Assembly: GCA_040220235.1 (NCBI GenBank)
Contig: JAVJTO010000109.1
DNA: 64,000 nucleotides
Direction: 5' to 3' (one strand)
Origin: Coleofasciculus sp. B1-GNL1-01
Lineage (GTDB): Bacteria; Cyanobacteriota; Cyanobacteriia; Cyanobacteriales; Coleofasciculaceae
Of this stretch, positions 62,130-64,000 are shown piece by piece; position 1 is the stretch's first letter; every line of letters begins with the position of its first letter. The notes under the pieces were generated by a model. The model worked only from the letters and a program-made list of their open reading frames with translations, was not told the origin of the DNA and made no database searches. Both the position numbers and the translations under genes were made by a program.

Positions 62130-62635
62130 AATCTGTTACTATTGCTAAAGTAGGTACGCTCAGTTAAGTAACACTGGGTTTACCTATATGAAGCTGTGTA
62201 GATCGCCGGAAATGTCGCTGTACTCAGATCGCGTGACTTGGAATTTGCTTAGATGACAGGGTAATAGGTATGTTTGCCTACTTATCTAAACAAAAAAAAT
62301 TGTTATTCCTTTGAACTCGATGTCTAAGTTAGACTATTCAATCTAATCATACTAAGTCAAGTATTAAAGCTGAACTTTACAGAATCTTTATAAGCATCTT
62401 CACAGAATTTTCATTAAGATTCTTATAGTGAAAGCGGTAGGCAGGGAAGCTGTCATGCACTTAGATCGTTGAGGCTGACGGGAAGACGGGGGACGGGGAG
62501 AAACTTTACCCGATTTGCTGTATTGTATGATACATTGTTCCGTTTAATTTCCCCTGGCTGCCAAGGATTGTTGATCTACGAAATTGGACAATTACCGAGT
62601 AGTATTGGGTAGTGGGATATTCACTCAACTGATAA

Positions 62636-62878
<243 letters not shown>

Positions 62879-63109
62879 GGTGGGTTAGGCAGTAATCAAT
62901 TCCGGAAACAAACCCTTTAATAAAATATCTGCCGTAACCCACCGCATTATCCTTTGCAACAGGTGAACCAACGAGGAGGGCGAGTCGATAACATTAGTGG
63001 ATTTCCCCTTAATGATAGTGCAGCGACTCGCCCCTACAAACAGGACACAGGACATAATAAAATAAATATCAGGTTGGGAATTCCCTAAATCTCACATCTA
63101 GAGGGTGCT

Positions 63110-63706
63110 ATGATGATCATCAATCAAGGCTTACAGCGTATAGTATATGGAAGCGCGATCGCTCCCCTTTTCTTCATCCCCTGTAACCCTGTCCTCGCCC
63201 AGATTACACCCGATTCTACATTAGGCGCTGAACAATCCTCAATCCTACAGAATGGTGTGGTTATCGATGGAGTAACCGCCGATTTAATTCAGGATGGCGC
63301 CAGCCGAGGTTCAGCCTTATTTCATAGCTTTTCAGAATTTAATATTAACGAAGGAAAACGGGTTTATTTTGCCAACCCTGACGGAATCGAAGCCATTTTT
63401 AGTCGCGTCACCGGAACTGATCCCTCTGACATTTTGGGGACATTAGGCGTTAATGGCGCGGCGGATTTAATTTTCATCAATCCTAATGGAATTCTCTTTG
63501 GCGAAAATGCTCAATTAGACATCCGGGGTTCCTTTATTGGGAGTACCGCCAATGAGGTGGTATTTGAGAATGGCACAACGTTTAGTGCGACGAATCCCGA
63601 AGCACCGCCATTGCTTACTATTAATGTTCCCTTGGGGTTGCAATATGGTGAAGTAGCCCCCCCTTTGCAAGGCAGGGCTAATTCCGCAGTGATGAGAGAA
63701 AATTAG
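63110..63706 (+). pseudogene. Filamentous haemagglutinin-family gene interrupted by an IS
   Basis: AQITPD, LFHSFSEFN, SRVTG, INPNGILFG, PLGLQYG; similarity ends where the IS begins at 63673. Confidence 0.8.
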
Positions 63707-64000
63707 GGCGACCAGGATAAGCGCGTAAACTAAATCTTGTAACCATAGTTTAATCGAGTCATTTGCTTGCTATGAAGGTCAATCTCCACCGAAGCCTTAA
63801 CCCAAGTGCCAGACTTTCGCGCTAAAAGAGGACGGCGTTATCCTTTGTGGTTACTTCTTTTGCTGGTCATTATGGGAACCTTGAGTGATTGTTTAGGTTA
63901 TCGTGCCCTGGAAGATTTTTGCCGTCGGCATCATGACGCCTTAGTCACAAGTCTACAATTGCCTCCAACTCGTTTTCCCTCTGACTCCACTTTTCGGCGG
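63673..64000 (+). mobile_element. ISAs1-family insertion sequence, left part; transposase 5' end from ~63772
   Basis: Begins CAGGGC, as ISAs1 ends do. Frame from 63788 reads TEALTQVPDFRAKRGRRYPLWLLLLLVIMGTLSDCLGYRALEDF...PSDSTFRR. Confidence 0.85.

Overview
This is a chromosomal window from a filamentous cyanobacterium. Support: many HIP1 (GCGATCGC) sites, STRR-type heptamer and 9-mer tandem repeats, nblR, DUF928/CHAT/CHASE2 genes and a HetP-like gene. A Coleofasciculus/Microcoleus-like mat-former is my inference, not something I can prove. Housekeeping genes are tatC, ureB, murA, tRNA-Leu(CAG), a TrmH-family gene, lpdA, trpC, a class V aminotransferase and nblR. They are interleaved with four accessory modules. 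(1) A giant haemagglutinin-repeat-CHAT protein divergent from DUF928 and a CHASE2 adenylate/guanylate cyclase (9.2-19.7 kb). (2) A mycosporine-like amino acid (MAA) cluster, mysABC-[Na+/solute symporter]-mysD, with a divergent MysA and a convergent atypical beta-hydroxyacid dehydrogenase (31.3-39.0 kb). (3) glgE and a treS-maltokinase fusion (42.4-48.1 kb). (4) A ~13 kb export locus (49.1-62.1 kb): HetC-like C39 ABC transporter, HlyD, HetP-like protein, two tandem small beta-strand-patterned proteins sharing a leader motif with the HetP-like protein, Ser/Ala-rich secreted paralogs, a PPIase, an RTX protein and two PEP-CTERM paralogs. Three copies of the palindrome CTGCCA-WWW-TGGCAG lie in its intergenic regions. 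Module 4 is the best candidate for an under-described system, possibly extracellular fibre/matrix rather than bacteriocin. The window ends in a decaying zone: a GH13 fragment cut at a HIP1 site, and a haemagglutinin gene interrupted by an ISAs1-family element. I saw no CRISPR array, rRNA or reverse transcriptase. All family assignments come from motif recognition without database searches.
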